Below are positions 35,092-49,320 of a DNA stretch of 64,000 nucleotides, piece by piece; the first letter of the stretch is position 1; each line of letters opens with the position of its first letter. The notes under the pieces were generated by a model. That model had not been told where the DNA came from. It was given only the letters and a program-made list of their open reading frames with translations, and ran no database searches. This DNA is from Macrostomum lignano (Eukaryota). The stretch is from positions 176,666 to 240,665 of the forward strand of contig NIVC01001425.1 in the NCBI GenBank assembly GCA_002269645.1. The letters run 5' to 3'. The position numbers and the translations under genes are program-made.

Positions 35092-38000
35092 CTTATCCAC
35101 CCGTCTACACCAGAATGATTGCCCCTTATCCACCCCTCTACACCAGAATGATTGCCCCTTATCCACCCCTCTACACCAGAATAATTGCCCCTTATCCACC
35201 CCTCTACACCAGAATAATTGCCCCTTATCCACCCGTCTACACCAGAATGATTGCCCCTTATCCACCCCTCTACACCAGAATAATTGCCCCTTATCCACCC
35301 CTCTACACCAGAATAATTGCCCCTTATCCACCCCTCTACACCAGAATAATTGCCACTTATTTACCCCTCTACACCAGAATAATTGCCCCTTATCCACCCC
35401 TCTACACCAGAATAATTGCCCCTTATCTATCCCTCTACACCAGAATGATTGCCCCTTATCTATCCCTCTACACCAGAATAATTGCCCCTTATCCACCCCT
35501 CTAAACCAGAATAATTGCCCCTTATCCACCCATCTACACCAGAATAATTGCCCCTTATCCACCCCTCTACACCAGAATAATTGCCACTTATTTACCCCTC
35601 TACACCAGAATAATTGCCCCTTATCTATCCCTCTACACCAGAATGATTGCCCCTTATCTATCCCTCTACACCAGAATGATTGCCCCTTATCTATCCCTCT
35701 ACACCAGAATAATTGCCCCTTATCCACCCCTCTAAACCAGAATAATTGCCCCTTATCCACCCCTCTAAACCAGAATAATTGCCCCTTATCTATCCCTCTA
35801 CACCAGAATGATTGCCACTTATCCACCCCTCTACACCAGAATAATTGCCCCTTATCTATCCCTCTACACCAGAATGATTGCCACTTATCCACCCCTCTAC
35901 ACCAGAATAATTGCCCCTTATCTATCCCTCTACACCAGAATGATTGCCACTTATCCACCCCTCTACACCAGAATGATTGCCCCTTATCTATCCCTCTACA
36001 CCAGAATGATTGCCACTTATCCACCCCTCTAAACCAGAATAATTGCCCCTTATCCACCCCTCTAAACCAGAATAATTGCCCCTTATCTATCCCTCTACAC
36101 CAGAATGATTGCCACTTATCCACCCCTCTACACCAGAATAATTGCCCCTTATCTATCCCTCTACACCAGAATGATTGCCACTTATCCACCCCTCTACACC
36201 AGAATAATTGCCCCTTATCTATCCCTCTACACCAGAATGATTGCCACTTATCCACCCCTCTACACCAGAATGATTGCCCCTTATCTATCCCTCTACACCA
36301 GAATGATTGCCACTTATCCACCCCTCTAAACCAGAATAATTGCCCCTTATCCACCCCTCTAAACCAGAATAATTGCCCCTTATCTATCCCTCTACACCAG
36401 AATGATTGCCACTTATCCACCCCTCTACACCAGAATAATTGCCCCTTATCTATCCCTCTACACCAGAATGATTGCCACTTATCCACCCTCTACACCAGAA
36501 TAATTTCCCCATTTTCCACCCCTCTAAACCAGATTAATTGCCCCCTATCCACCCCTCTACACCAGAATAATTTCCCCTTATCCACCCCTCTAAACCAGAA
36601 TAATTGCCACTTATCCATCCCTCTACACCAGAATGATTGCCACTTATCCACCCCTCTAATCCAGAATAATTGCCCCTTATCCACCCCTCTAAACCAGAAT
36701 AATTTCCCCTTATCCACCCCTCTACACCAGAATAATTGCCCCTTATCCACCCCTCTACACCAGAATAATTGCCACTTATTTACCCCTCTACACCAGAATA
36801 ATTGCCCCTTATCCACCCCTCTACACCAGAATAATTGCCCCTTATCTTATCCCCCTCTACACCAGAATAATTGCCCCTTATCTATCCCTCTACACCAGAA
36901 TAATTGCCCCTTATCCACCCTCTACACCAGAATAATTGCCCCTTATCCACCCCTCTACACCAGAATAATTGCCCTTATCCACCCTCTACACCAGAATAAT
37001 TGCCCCTTATCTATCCCTCTACACCAGAATGATTGCCCCTTATCTATCCCTCTACACCAGAATGATTGCCCCTTATCTATCCCTCTACACCAGAATGATT
37101 GCCCCTTATCCACCCTCTACACCAGAATAATTGCCCCTTATCCACCCCTCTAAACCAGAATAATTGCCCCTTATCCACCCTCTACACCAGAATAATTGCC
37201 CCTTATCCACCCCTCTACACCAGAATAATTGCCCTTATCTATCCCTCTACACCAGAATGATTGCCCTTATCCACCCCTCTACACCAGAATAATTGCCCCT
37301 TATCTATCCCTCTACACCAGAATATTGCCACTTATCCACCCCTCTACACCAGAATGATTGCCCCTTATCTATCCCTCTACACCAGAATGTTTGCCACTTA
37401 TCCACCCCTCTAAACCAGAATAATTGCCCCTTATCCACCCCTCTAAACCAGAATAATTGCCCCTTATCCACCCCTCTACACCAGAATAATTGCCCCTTAT
37501 CCACCCCTCTACACCAGAATAATTTCCCCTTATCCACCCCTCTACACCAGAATAATTGCCCCTTATCCACCCCTCTACACCAGAATAATTGCCCCTTATC
37601 TATCCCTCTACACCAGAATGATTGCCACTTATCCACCCCTCTACACCAGAATGATTGCCCCTTATCTATCCCTCTACACCAGAATGATTGCCACTTATCC
37701 ACCCTCTACACCAGAATGAATTGCCCCTTATCCACCCCTCTAAACCAGAATAATTGCCCCTTATCCACCCTCTACACCAGAATAATTGCCCCTTATCCAC
37801 CCTCTACACCAGAATAATTGCCCTTATCCATCCCTCTACACCAGAATGATTGCCACTTATCCACCCTCTACACCAGAATAATTGCCCCTTATCCACCCTC
37901 TACACCAGAATAATTGCCCCTTATCCACCCCTCTACACCAGAATAATTGCCCCTTATCCACCCCTCTACACCAGAATAATTGCCCCTTATCCACCCCTCT

Positions 38001-40085
38001 ACACCAGAATAATTGCCCTTATCCACCCTCTACACCAGAATAATTGCCCCTTATCCACCCCTCTAACCAGAATAATTGCCCCTTATCCACCCCTCTACAC
38101 CAGAATAATTGCCCCTTATCCACCCCTCTACACCAGAATAATTGCCCTTATCCACCCTCTACACCAGAATAATTGCCCCTTATCCACCCTCTACACCAGA
38201 ATAATTGCCCCTTATCCACCCTCTACACCAGAATAATTGCCCCTTATCCATCCCTCTACACCAGAATGATTGCCCCTTATCTATCCCTCTACACCAGAAT
38301 GATTGCCCCTTATCTATCCCTCTACACCAGAATAATTGCCCCTTATCCACCCTCTACACCAGAATAATTGCCCCTTATCCACCCCTCTACACCAGAATAA
38401 TTGCCCCTTATCCACCCTCTACACCAGAATAATTGCCCTTATCCACCCTCTACACCAGAATATTGCCACTTATCCACCCCTCTAAACCAGAATATTGCCC
38501 CTTATCCACCCTCTAAACCAGAATAATTGCCCCTTATCCACCCCTCTAAACCAGAATAATTGCCCCTTATCCACCCTCTAACCAGAATAATTGCCCCTTA
38601 TCCACCCCTCTACACCAGAATAATTGCCCCTTATCCACCCCTCTACACCAGAATAATTGCCCCTTATCCACCTCTACACCAGAATAATTGCCCCTTATCC
38701 ACCCCTACACCAGAATAATTGCCCCTTATCTATCCTCTACACCAGAATATTGCCCTCTACACCAGAATATTGCCCCTTATCCCCCTCTACACCAGAATAA
38801 TTGCCCCTTATCTATCCCTCTACACCAGAATGATTGCCCCTTATCTATCCCTCTACACCAGAATAATTGCCCCTTATCCATCCCTCTACACCAGAATGAT
38901 TGCCCCTTATCCACCCTCTACACCAGAATAATTGCCCCTTATCCACCCCTCTACACCAGAATAATTGCCCCTTATCCACCCCTCTACACCAGAATAATTG
39001 CCCCTTATCCACCCCTCTACACCAGAATAATTGCCCCTTATCCACCCTCTACACCAGAATAATTGCCCCTTATCCACCCTCTACACCAGAATAATTGCCC
39101 CTTATCTATCCCTCTACACCAGAATGATTGCCCCTTATCTATCCCTCTACACCAGAATAATTGCCCCTTATCTATCCCTCTACACCAGAATGAATTGCCC
39201 CTTATCCACCCTCTACACCAGAATAATTGCCCCTTATCCACCCCTCTACACCAGAATAATTGCCCCTTATCCACCCCTCTAAACCAGAATAATTGCCCTT
39301 ATCCACCCTCTACACCAGAATATTGCCACTTATCCACCCCTCTAAACCAGAATAATTGCCCCTTATCCACCCTCTAAACCAGAATAATTGCCCCTTATCC
39401 ACCCCTCTAAACCAGAATAATTGCCCCTTATCCACCCCTCTAACCAGAATAATTGCCCCTTATCCACCCCTCTAAACCAGAATAATTGCCCCTTATCCAC
39501 CCTCTACACCAGAATAATTGCCACTTATCCACCCTCTAAACCAGAATAATTGCCCCTTATCTATCCCTCTACACCAGAATGATTGCCACTTATCCACCCT
39601 CTAAACCAGAATAATTGCCCCTTATCCACCCCTCTACACCAGAATAATTGCCACTTATCTATCCCTCTAAACCAGAATAATTGCCCCTTATCTATCCCTC
39701 TACACCAGAATGATTGCCACTTATCCACCCTCTAAACCAGAATAATTGCCCCTTATCCACCCTCTAACCCAGAATAATTGCCCCTTATCCACCCTCTAAA
39801 CCAGAATAATTGCCCCTTATCTATCCCTACACCAGAATATTGCCCCTTATCCACCCCTCTAAACCAGAATAATTGCCCCTTATCCACTCCTCTACACCAG
39901 AATAATTGCCACTTATCCACCCCTCTAAACCAGAATAATTGCCCCTTATCTATCCCTCTACACCAGAATATTGCCACTTATCCACCCTCTAAACCAGAAT
40001 AATTGCCCCTTATCCACTCCTCTACACCAGAATAATTGCCACTTATCTACCCTCTAAACCAGAATAATTGCCCCTTAGAATCCTC
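35092..40085. repeat. About 5-kb 33-bp minisatellite (CCAGAATAATTGCCCCTTATCCACCCCTCTACA)
   Basis: About 150 units, with a local 297-bp (9-unit) higher-order repeat. Confidence 0.97.
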
Positions 40086-40894
40086 TAAACCAGAATAATT
40101 GCCAGGTTAACCTGTACAGCAGAATAAGTGCTGGTTAACAATACATAAAGGTCAGGTGTAGGAGGCAGTACTTTCTATAGTTTTTTGACTATATTTCTTG
40201 ATATATATTATAAAATTTAATGATTTCTTGCAATTTTATTTAATATTAACTGTTATATAAGCATTGATTACGGTAGAATGCAATAATATAATTGAACATA
40301 GTAAACTAGGACACATAATTAATCAATAATACTCGTACATATACAATTAAAATCGGAATTGACTTCAATTGACTTTATCTGTACATCATACATCTCCAAA
40401 TTTTTTCCCAATTTTATTTGAAAATACGCCGCCTCTTCTTTTCTGCGAATAAACAAAATTGTAACACGAAAACCCGGAGAAAATTGTTGCACATCGTAGA
40501 AAAATTTGATTGCAATTTGACTGGAGAAAAAAGTCTTGTTTAACTGAAAAAAAATTATTACAAATATAAAGGCAGGTAATTTTTTAAACCTGGCTCGTAT
40601 ATTGCAGATTACTTAAGTAAAATTGGAAGTGCTAAGATCACAGTTTTAACTGCACAAACATATGAAACTTCCCAGATCCTTTTGACTGGGAAAATCTATT
40701 CTCAGTTGCAAATCAATTTAAACTTAAACTTAAAAAGTAAAAGTTAATAAATACTTTCTCCTGTTATCCCATTCTGTCAATTCTGACAAAAGAAATGTTC
40801 AGGGTGTGTTTATCAAGCTTTGGGTTTTAGGAAGTTCGGAGTTGAAAGAAAGAGATTGAAAATTTTTGGTTTATGATGTTTCTAGTTCATGGAG

Positions 40895-41690
40895 TTTATA
40901 GTTTATGGAGTTTCTGGTTTATGGAGTTTCTGGTTTATGGAGTTTCTGGTTTATGGAGTTTCTGGGGTTTATGGAGTTTCTGGGGTTTATGGAGTTTATG
41001 GTTCATGGAGTTTCTGGTTTATAGAGTTTCTGGTTCATTGAATTTCTGGTTTATGGAGTTTCCGGTTCATGAAGTTTCTGGTTTATGGAGTTTCTGGTTC
41101 ATGGAGTTTCTGGTTTATAGAGTTTCTGGTTTATAGAGTTTCTGGTTTATAGAGTTTCTGGTTTATGGAGTTTCTGGTTTATGGAGTTTCTGGTGTATGG
41201 AGTTTATGGTTCATGGAGTTTCTGGGGTTTATGGAGTTTCTGGGGTTTATGGAGTTTCTGGGGTTTATGGAGTTTATGGTTCATGGAGTTTCTGGTTTAT
41301 GGAGTTTCTGGTTCATGGAGTTACTGGTTTATAGAGTTTCTGGTTCATTGAGTTTCTGGTTTATGGAGTTTCTGGTTCATGAAGTTTCTGGTTTATGGAG
41401 TTTCTGGTTCATGGAGTTTCTGGTTTATAGAGTTTCTGTTTTATAGAGTTTCTGGTTTATAGAGTTTCTGGTTTATAGAGTTTCTGGTTTATGGAGTTTC
41501 TGGTTTATGGAGTTACTGGTTCATGGAGTTTCTGGTTTATGGAGTTTCTGGTTTATAGAGTTTCTGGTTTAGGGAGTTTATAGTTTATGGAGTTTCTGGT
41601 TCATGGAGTTCTGGTTTATGGAGTTTCTGGTTCATTGAGTTTCTGGTTTATGGAGTTTCTGGTTTATGGAGTTTCTGGTTCATTGAGTCC
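40895..41690. repeat. 16-bp minisatellite (GGAGTTTCTGGTTTAT)
   Basis: Tandem units just 3' of the helical-protein gene stop codon. Confidence 0.95.
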
Positions 41691-41764
41691 AGTTAATGGA
41701 AATGAGATTTTATGAGGCTGCTGGGTTTATGGGATTTCGAGTTAAGCGAGCCACCCCAGCTCGG

Positions 41765-44130
41765 TCACAGCCTGTCCAGTCGGCCATCACCGGCCACCGG
41801 CAAGGCCGCAGCACCCGGCTGGCCTGGCAGCAGCTTGGCCAGGCAGTCCGTGCAGGCGGCATTCAAAGACTCGGCCAGCTGGTTCAGCCGCTGCCGCTGC
41901 TGCTGAGCTGGCGACGCCTGTTGCTCGGTAGCTCCGGCCATCGCGGTGAGCAGTTCAGCGGTGCACAGCGCCACAGGCAGCGCATGGCCCAGAGCCCTGG
42001 CCCGTCCGTTCTTCGCCTCGTCCGTTAGGCGAAACGGCCGACCGGAGAACCGGGACTCGCCGGACACGGCCAGCACCGTGGCCACGGCCGGCCGGAGATT
42101 CTCAACCGCCAGATGGACTCGAGACCGGAGCTCCTCCAGCGCCGCCGCCGGGTCCTCCTTGGGGTGTCCGCCTGCGCCCACTGGAGACGGACGAGGAGGG
42201 CAGATGAGAGTATGACAGACGGACACATTAGAAAGACACCAGGACAAGTTGACAGACAGATATCAGACAGGCAGACATCAGACAGGCAGACATCAGACAG
42301 GCAGACATCAGACAGGCAGACATCAGACAGGCAGACATCAGACAGGCAGACATCAGACAGGCAGACATCAGACAGGCAGACATCAGACAGGCAGACATCA
42401 GACAGGCAGACATCAGACAGGCAGACATCAGACAGGCAGACATCAGACAGGCAGACATCAGACAGGCAGACATCAGACAGGCAGACATCAGACAGGCAGA
42501 CATCAGACAGGCAGACATCAGACAGGCAGACATCAGACAGGCAGACATCAGACAGGCAGACATCAGACAGGCAGACATCAGACAGGCAGACATCAGACAG
42601 GCAGACATCAGACAGGCAGACATCAGACAGGCAGACATCAGACAGGCAGACATCAGACAGGCAGACATCAGACATCAGACAGGCAGACATCAGACAGGCA
42701 GACATCAGGCAGGCGGACATCAGACATCAGACAGGCGGACATCAGACATCAGACAGGCTGACATCAGAGAGGCGGACATCAGACATCAGACAGGCTGACA
42801 TCAGACAGGCGGACATCAGACAGGCACTCACAGCTGGCCAGCGCAGCCCGCACGCAGCGGACAGCGTGCAGCAGCTGGGCCACAGCGGCGGACGCGCACC
42901 GCACGGCCAGCTGCAGCGCTTCCATGTCCGCCGGATCGCCGCCCAGCCTCGCCGGCCGGCCAGCCTTAGACAGTTCGGCCAGGCTCTGTCCGAGTTGTTC
43001 AGCCAGTCGTTCCAGTTGTCGATCGTCTGGCCCAGAACCGGATGACAGAGCTAAGGACAGCTCCAGACCCAGCGCCGAGGCCAGAAGGCCGTCGCAGGCG
43101 CGGGCCACTGCCAGACGGTTGAGCTGCTGCTGCTGGTGGTCCTCACTTAAAGACTGCGGCTGCTGCTGGCTGATCAGGGAGTACACAGATCGATAGACGG
43201 ACTCGATAAAACCCACGCAGGACATCTTCGGTGGAATGGGATCAGGAGGATGAGAACTAGAGGTTTTTTCTCTGAGTCCAGTTCACCTGACTCATACCTT
43301 CTAATGTCTGATCCAGTTCCCCTAATGTCCAATTCAGTTCCCCTAATGTCAGATTCAATTCCCCTAATGTCCAATTCAATTCCCCTAATGTCCAATTCGA
43401 TTCCCCTAATGTCCAATTCAATTCCCCTAATGTCCAATTCAATTCCCCTAATGTCCAATTCAATTCCCCTAATGTCCAATTCAATTCCCCTAATGTCGGA
43501 TTCAATTCCCCTAATGTCCAATTAAATTCCCCTAATGTCCAATTCGATTCCCCTAATGTCCAATTCGATTCCCCTAATGTCCAATTCGATTCCCCTAATG
43601 TCCAATTCAATTCCCCTAATGTCCAATTCAATTCCCCTAATGTCCAATTCAATTCCCCTAATGTCAAATTAAATTCCCCTAATGTCCAGTTCAATTCCCC
43701 TATTTTCCAGCTTCCCCAGCATGCCAACCTGCAGTCGGCGGGCAAAGTCGGCCGCATCCATGTCCTCCCCATCGTTGGGCGCCGCGGCCAGCATGGTTCG
43801 GCCGCCGCGTCGGGCCTCCTCAACCAGCAGGCGCAGGTTGGCGAGCTCCCGCCTGGCCCGGTGATCGCTCGGCTCAACGCGCGATGGCGACACGGCCTGC
43901 CCAGTGTCCGACATCGGCATCGGCAACGTCGGTGGCGGCGGCGGCCACATCTTGGAGCAGAGCAGCAGCCGCTCAGCTGCCTGCTGGACTCGCTGAGCAC
44001 CAACAAGGCATTCAATGCGAGACGACTGACGGCGAGGCGGCCTGAAGGCCTGGCCATTGACTGCCACACTGGGCTGACTGGCGCCAGAGTGGTGCATGGA
44101 TAGGTTATAATGGCAAAGCCATGAATCCAT
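41765..44130 (-). CDS. Uncharacterised Ala/Leu-rich alpha-helical protein, 3 exons, 403 aa
   Basis: complement(join(41765..42180,42832..43225,43729..44130)) = 1212 nt. Donors CAG|GTTGGC and GCT|GTGAGT, acceptors with pyrimidine tracts, phases 0 and 1 consistent. GC-rich composition like the other exons. The start may instead be the ATG at 44097. Confidence 0.75.
42250..42824. repeat. 15-bp intronic array (TCAGACAGGCAGACA)
   Basis: Nearly perfect tandem run in intron 2 of the helical-protein gene. Confidence 0.97.
43300..43705. repeat. 21-bp intronic array (TCCAATTCAATTCCCCTAATG)
   Basis: Tandem run in intron 1 of the helical-protein gene. Confidence 0.95.
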
Positions 44131-46699
44131 GTGTAAATATTGAAATAAAAGAAAGCATAATTTATTACTTTATGAGCATATTTATTATATTCTTAAAAAT
44201 AAAGAAGATGTACTTAGCCACACTAAGAATGATTTGTCTCTATTTATACTAGTATCTATTTATCTATTTGATTATTTTTAGGAAATAAGTCTTTAAAAAT
44301 ATGGCTTTCATTAGCAATTATGGGATTTGATAGCTCCTATTTGAGTTCACTTATTACTTCCATATACTAATATGGTTTATGATTCTTTATGATAGCATTT
44401 TGTTATCAAATATGATATTTTGTCTTTCTAACCTAATTATTTATTTTAAATGTACAGTATTATTCTAAGCTAAATTATCCTGATTGGTAAGCCACTTAGT
44501 GCTAGAATTAATTACTATTATCCACAATATGTTCAAAATTTTATTAAAATCTATGCTTCTATGCTAATATGTTATTTTTCAGTGGTCATTAAATTACCTA
44601 AGTCTCTTCTCTTATAATAAACCATGAGCATGATTTTGATATTTTACAATGACATATGCTAAGTTAGGCCTAATATTAGAGATTAAGTGTTTATTGAATT
44701 TTTTGCATTTATCATTTTCAACTAGATATATAACAATATAATATTTAATATCATATTAAAGCCATTTATTATGATAATATCATTGAAGATATTTAATTAG
44801 CTTATCAATTTATTTTTCTTCCAAAAACCTAAACAAAAATGAAATTTTCCATCTCTCTAAAGTACTTTTGTCCTTTGGCTTTGCAGCTAGCTGTATATTT
44901 GCATATGCCCATTCTCTAGTTTTCTATTAAATCTTTTATTTCTCTTTTTTTAACTGATGATGTTTGTTTGGCTCCTTTGTGAAATAGACAAAGATGCTCT
45001 TGCTCAATAGCTTTAGCTCAGTAATATTGTTGGATTAAATTTCAATTGAGTATAGTATAGTATTTCTGTATGCTAGTCAATTTTCGTGCAAACCCTGATT
45101 AAATTTATCTTATATGATGCTTTTGAAAACTAGAAACGAAGCTTTAGGGCGATAAAACAAAATTTGAATAACATACTTGATTGCTGAAAAGAATAAATAA
45201 AGTTTTTCGAAGTAAACTATTTTTTTATGCGAAATGTACACTTTTTAACTAATTTTTTTACTTTTTGTGTCTTGTCTGTATGGACAAGGTATTTAACTTT
45301 TTTCCGCTTTTTGTGTTAAATAGTTTTAATCAGAAGCCATCCATTCCAATTACAAAAACTTTTGCCAAGGACCACTGTATATACAGTTTTTAAAGACCAA
45401 TTTTTTTAAGGACAGATTTTCCTTAATATACAGTGGTCTTAGACTTTTGCGTCAGTTTCTATCAATACTTCTGAGAGCATGTCATCTACTATACTAATGC
45501 TGTATTTTAACCACACGTTTTATATTTATTACTACTATTAGTACTATACACCGTCCAGAATATATTCTATTAAAATCCAACCAAAAGTGAGGAAATTAAT
45601 CTCAATAAACAAAAGTTGATAATTTAATGGTAGCCAAGCGACAATTTTTTTATAAAGCGATCCCGCTCCTCGATAAAAGATCGACATTGGAGATTAGCAT
45701 ATACATGTATCACTGTATACGTGTAATTATGATAAGTCAGCGACTGTCATGAAACAAATATTTTTTCTGCAGCAGATGGCCGCTTTGACTCCAGACTTTG
45801 GGCGGGGCCGCGCGGCTCCGGCCCCAATCTTTCATGCAATTTGACCAGCGTGTCGTATCGCGTGTATTCATAAGCAGCCCGGCTTTTTAATCCTATTAAA
45901 TCCCCTATTCGGCTGCTATACCGGAGGTGAGCCAAGATGAAGTTGGCCAGATGTTTTTTGTCTCCGAGACGGATCGGCGGAAGAGCGGGCCGTGGGGGGG
46001 AGCTCTCGGAGAGCTGGGCAGATCCGCCGCCCATTTTTAATCCCCCCACCGCCCTACCGAACCGGACTCTCGAGAATCGCCAGGCAAAATATCGATCACG
46101 GTCCTGCGCATCACGGCGGCTAATGCAGATGGATGATACGGATGGCATTTTGGTTATAATTTCACTCCGAAGATTGGCGCACCTTTCTCTTTCTCTCTCT
46201 TTTTCATTTCAATGCCCCGCATGCGCTCTGCACTCAAAAAAAGGGAGCCGGGCCATCGGCTCTTACCTGACTGCTTAGATTGCTATCGAATAGCGAGGCT
46301 CATCGAGTTTCCGGACAATTCAAACCTGAGTTCGAATGGGGGGCACTGGGCAGGATGTGAAGTGGCTGGGAGAGGTAGGGAGATAGGGTTGTAACCGGAC
46401 GTCAATATGGAGCTCGAAAACAACAGATGGGGTGGCGTACAGTCGTGATCCTTGTTATGCCTTCCAGCGGAGCTTCATACCGGCATGAGTGATTAATGAT
46501 CATGCAGGTTAACAGGGTTGTTGGAAATGCTGATTCTTTTCGCTTGATTTTCCAGAGACAAAGACTGCAAAGTTGGCCGCTGAGTATTGGCTTACAATAA
46601 TTTAGTCTTGTCTGCTTTGGCTCGTTTCAGTTTCTTTGCTGGAGCACGCGCCCCCTTTATCTATGCTTCTTAACTCCTCGATTCTTAATCCCTTGCTTC

Positions 46700-47190
46700 T
46701 TAATCCGCGTCACTTTCTAATCCATCGCTTCTTAATCCATCGCTTTCTAATCCATCGCTTCCTAATCCATCGCTTCCTAATCCATCGCTTCTTAATCCAT
46801 CGCTTCCTAATCCATCGCTTCCTAATCCATCGCTTCTTACTCCATCGCTTCCTAATCCGTCGCTTCCTAATCCATCGCTTCCTAATCCATCGCTTCCTAA
46901 TCCATCGCTTCCTAATCCATCGCTTCTTACTCCATCGCTTCCTAATCCGTCGCTTCCTAATCCATCGCTTCCTAATCCATCGCTTCCTAATCCATCTCTT
47001 CTTACTCCACCGCTTCCTAATCCATCGCTTCTTACTCCATCGCTTCCTAATCCATCGCTTCCTAATCCATCGCTTCCTAATCTATCGCTTCCTAATCCAT
47101 CGCTTCCTAATCTATCGCTTCCTAATCCATCGCTTCCTAATCCATCGCTTCCTAATCCATCGCTTCCTAATCCATCGCTTCCTAATCCTT
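46700..47190. repeat. 15-bp minisatellite (AATCCATCGCTTCCT)
   Basis: Tandem units read directly. Confidence 0.95.
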
Positions 47191-47699
47191 CTTACCTTTC
47201 TTCCTTTGGTCTCTCATACACAAAAGGATCCTAATACAAAAAGCTGATTAGCATTGCGGAAAGTACTTCTGCGAATAAAGTGTGAGAAACGAAAAAGCAG
47301 ACGAAACAAGGCAGGCAGGAAACCACAAATGAAAATTCGATAGCGCCAATTATTGGCAATTGCACTGGCTTGGAGCTCATTCATTTCTAATCGGCTGAAT
47401 AAGAGCCTGCACTGGGAACTTCAGAACATCTCACGATGATCTAACAGCCCCTTGACAATCCGCTTGAACACATGACAGACTGTGAGTCGGCGAAAGATGC
47501 AGCTAGGAAAGATAATGAAGAGACTCAAATTTTAAGAGCAATCAACTCACAGCTGGTTTGGCTGAGTCAACAGCTGCCACGATTGAACGAGCCGCCTTTG
47601 TGGCTGGCATCTCTCATCCTACAATTCGATGTTATAAAAGCAGAAAAAATATCAAGGAATATATAAACAGCAATATAATGCCAGACAAAAATAGAATTT

Positions 47700-49320
47700 G
47701 CGATGCATAAAATACATGAAATGAAAATCTGTGATACACGAGAATCGGTGATACATGAGAGTACATGAAATACATGAAAATATGTGATATATGAAAATCT
47801 GTGATACATAAGAATCAGTGGAACATGAAAATACATGAAATACATGAAAATATGTGATGCATGGGAATCTGTGATATCTGAGAATCTGTGATACATGAGA
47901 ATCTGTGATACATGAGAATCTGTGATACATGAGAATCTGTGATACATGAGAATCTGTGATACATGAGAATCTGTGATACATGAGAATCTGTGATACATGA
48001 GAATCTGTGATACATGAGAATCTGTGATACATGAGAATCTGTGATACATGAGAATTTGTGATACATGAGAATCTGTGATACATGAGAATCTGTGATACAT
48101 GAGAATCTGTGATACATGAGAATCTGTGATACATGAGAATCTGTGATACATGAAAATCTGTGATACATGAGAATCTGTGATACATGAAAATCTGTGATAC
48201 ATGAGAATCTGTGATACATGAGAATCTGTGATACATGAGAATCTGTGATACATGAGAATCGGTGATACGTAAGAATCGGTGATACATGAGAATCTGTGAT
48301 ACATGAGAATCTGTGATACATGAGAATCTGTGATACATGAGAATCTGTGATACATGAGAATCTGTGATACATGAGAATCTGTGATACATGAGAATCTGTG
48401 ATACATGAGAATCTGTGATACATGAGAATTTGTGATACATGAGAATCTGTGATACATGAAAATCTGTGATACATGAGAATCTGTGATACATGAGAATCTG
48501 TGATACATGAGAATCTGTGATACATAAAAATCTGTGATACATGAGAATCTGTGATACATGAGAATCTGTGATACATGAGAATCTGTGATACATGAGAATC
48601 TGTGATACATGAGAATCTGTGATACATGAGAATCTGTGATACATGAGAATCTGTGATACATGAAAATCTGTGATACATGAGAATTTGTGATACATGAGAA
48701 TCTGTGATACATGAGAATCGGTGATACGTAAGAATCGGTGATACATGAGAATCTGTGATACATGAGAATCTGTGATACATGAGAATCTGTGATACATGAG
48801 AATCTGTGATACATGAGAATCTGTGATACATGAGAATCTGTGATACATGAAAATCTGTGATACATGAGAATTTGTGATACATGAGAATCTGTGATACATG
48901 AAAATCTGTGATACATGAGAATCTGTGATACATGAGAATCTGTGATACATGAGAATCTGTGATACATGAAAATCTGTGATACATGAGAATCTGTGATACA
49001 TGAGAATCTGTGATACATGAGAATCTGTGATACATGAGAATCTGTGATACATGAGAATCTGTGATACATGAGAATCTGTGATAGATGAGAATCTGTGATA
49101 CATGAGAATCTGTGATACATGAAAATCTGTGATACATGAGAATTTGTGATACATGAGAATCTGTGATACATGAGAATCGGTGATACATGAGAATCTGCGA
49201 TACATGAGAATCTTTGATACATGAGAATCTTTGATACATGAGAATCTTTGATACATGAGAATCTAGGGTACATGAGAATCTGATGTACATAAGAATCTAG
49301 GATACATGAGAATCTGTGAC
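47700..49320. repeat. 17-bp minisatellite (TGATACATGAGAATCTG)
   Basis: About 1.6 kb with degenerate ends. Confidence 0.97.

Noticed and set aside
33230-36486. 551-, 437-, 330- and 471-aa repeat ORFs
   Set aside because: The 21- and 33-bp units are multiples of 3 and stay open in several frames and both strands; no gene context.
42025-43045. DVCLS/RQTSD/HQTGR repeat ORFs
   Set aside because: They run through the 15-bp array, which lies inside a GT-AG intron of the helical gene.
45340-45450. Tc1/mariner-like ends (GACCACTG|TA and TA|CAGTGGTC)
   Set aside because: They face away from each other and no partner termini were found.
45747-46148. 133-aa minus-strand ORF
   Set aside because: No initiator ATG context, no recognisable motif and no consistent splice partners.
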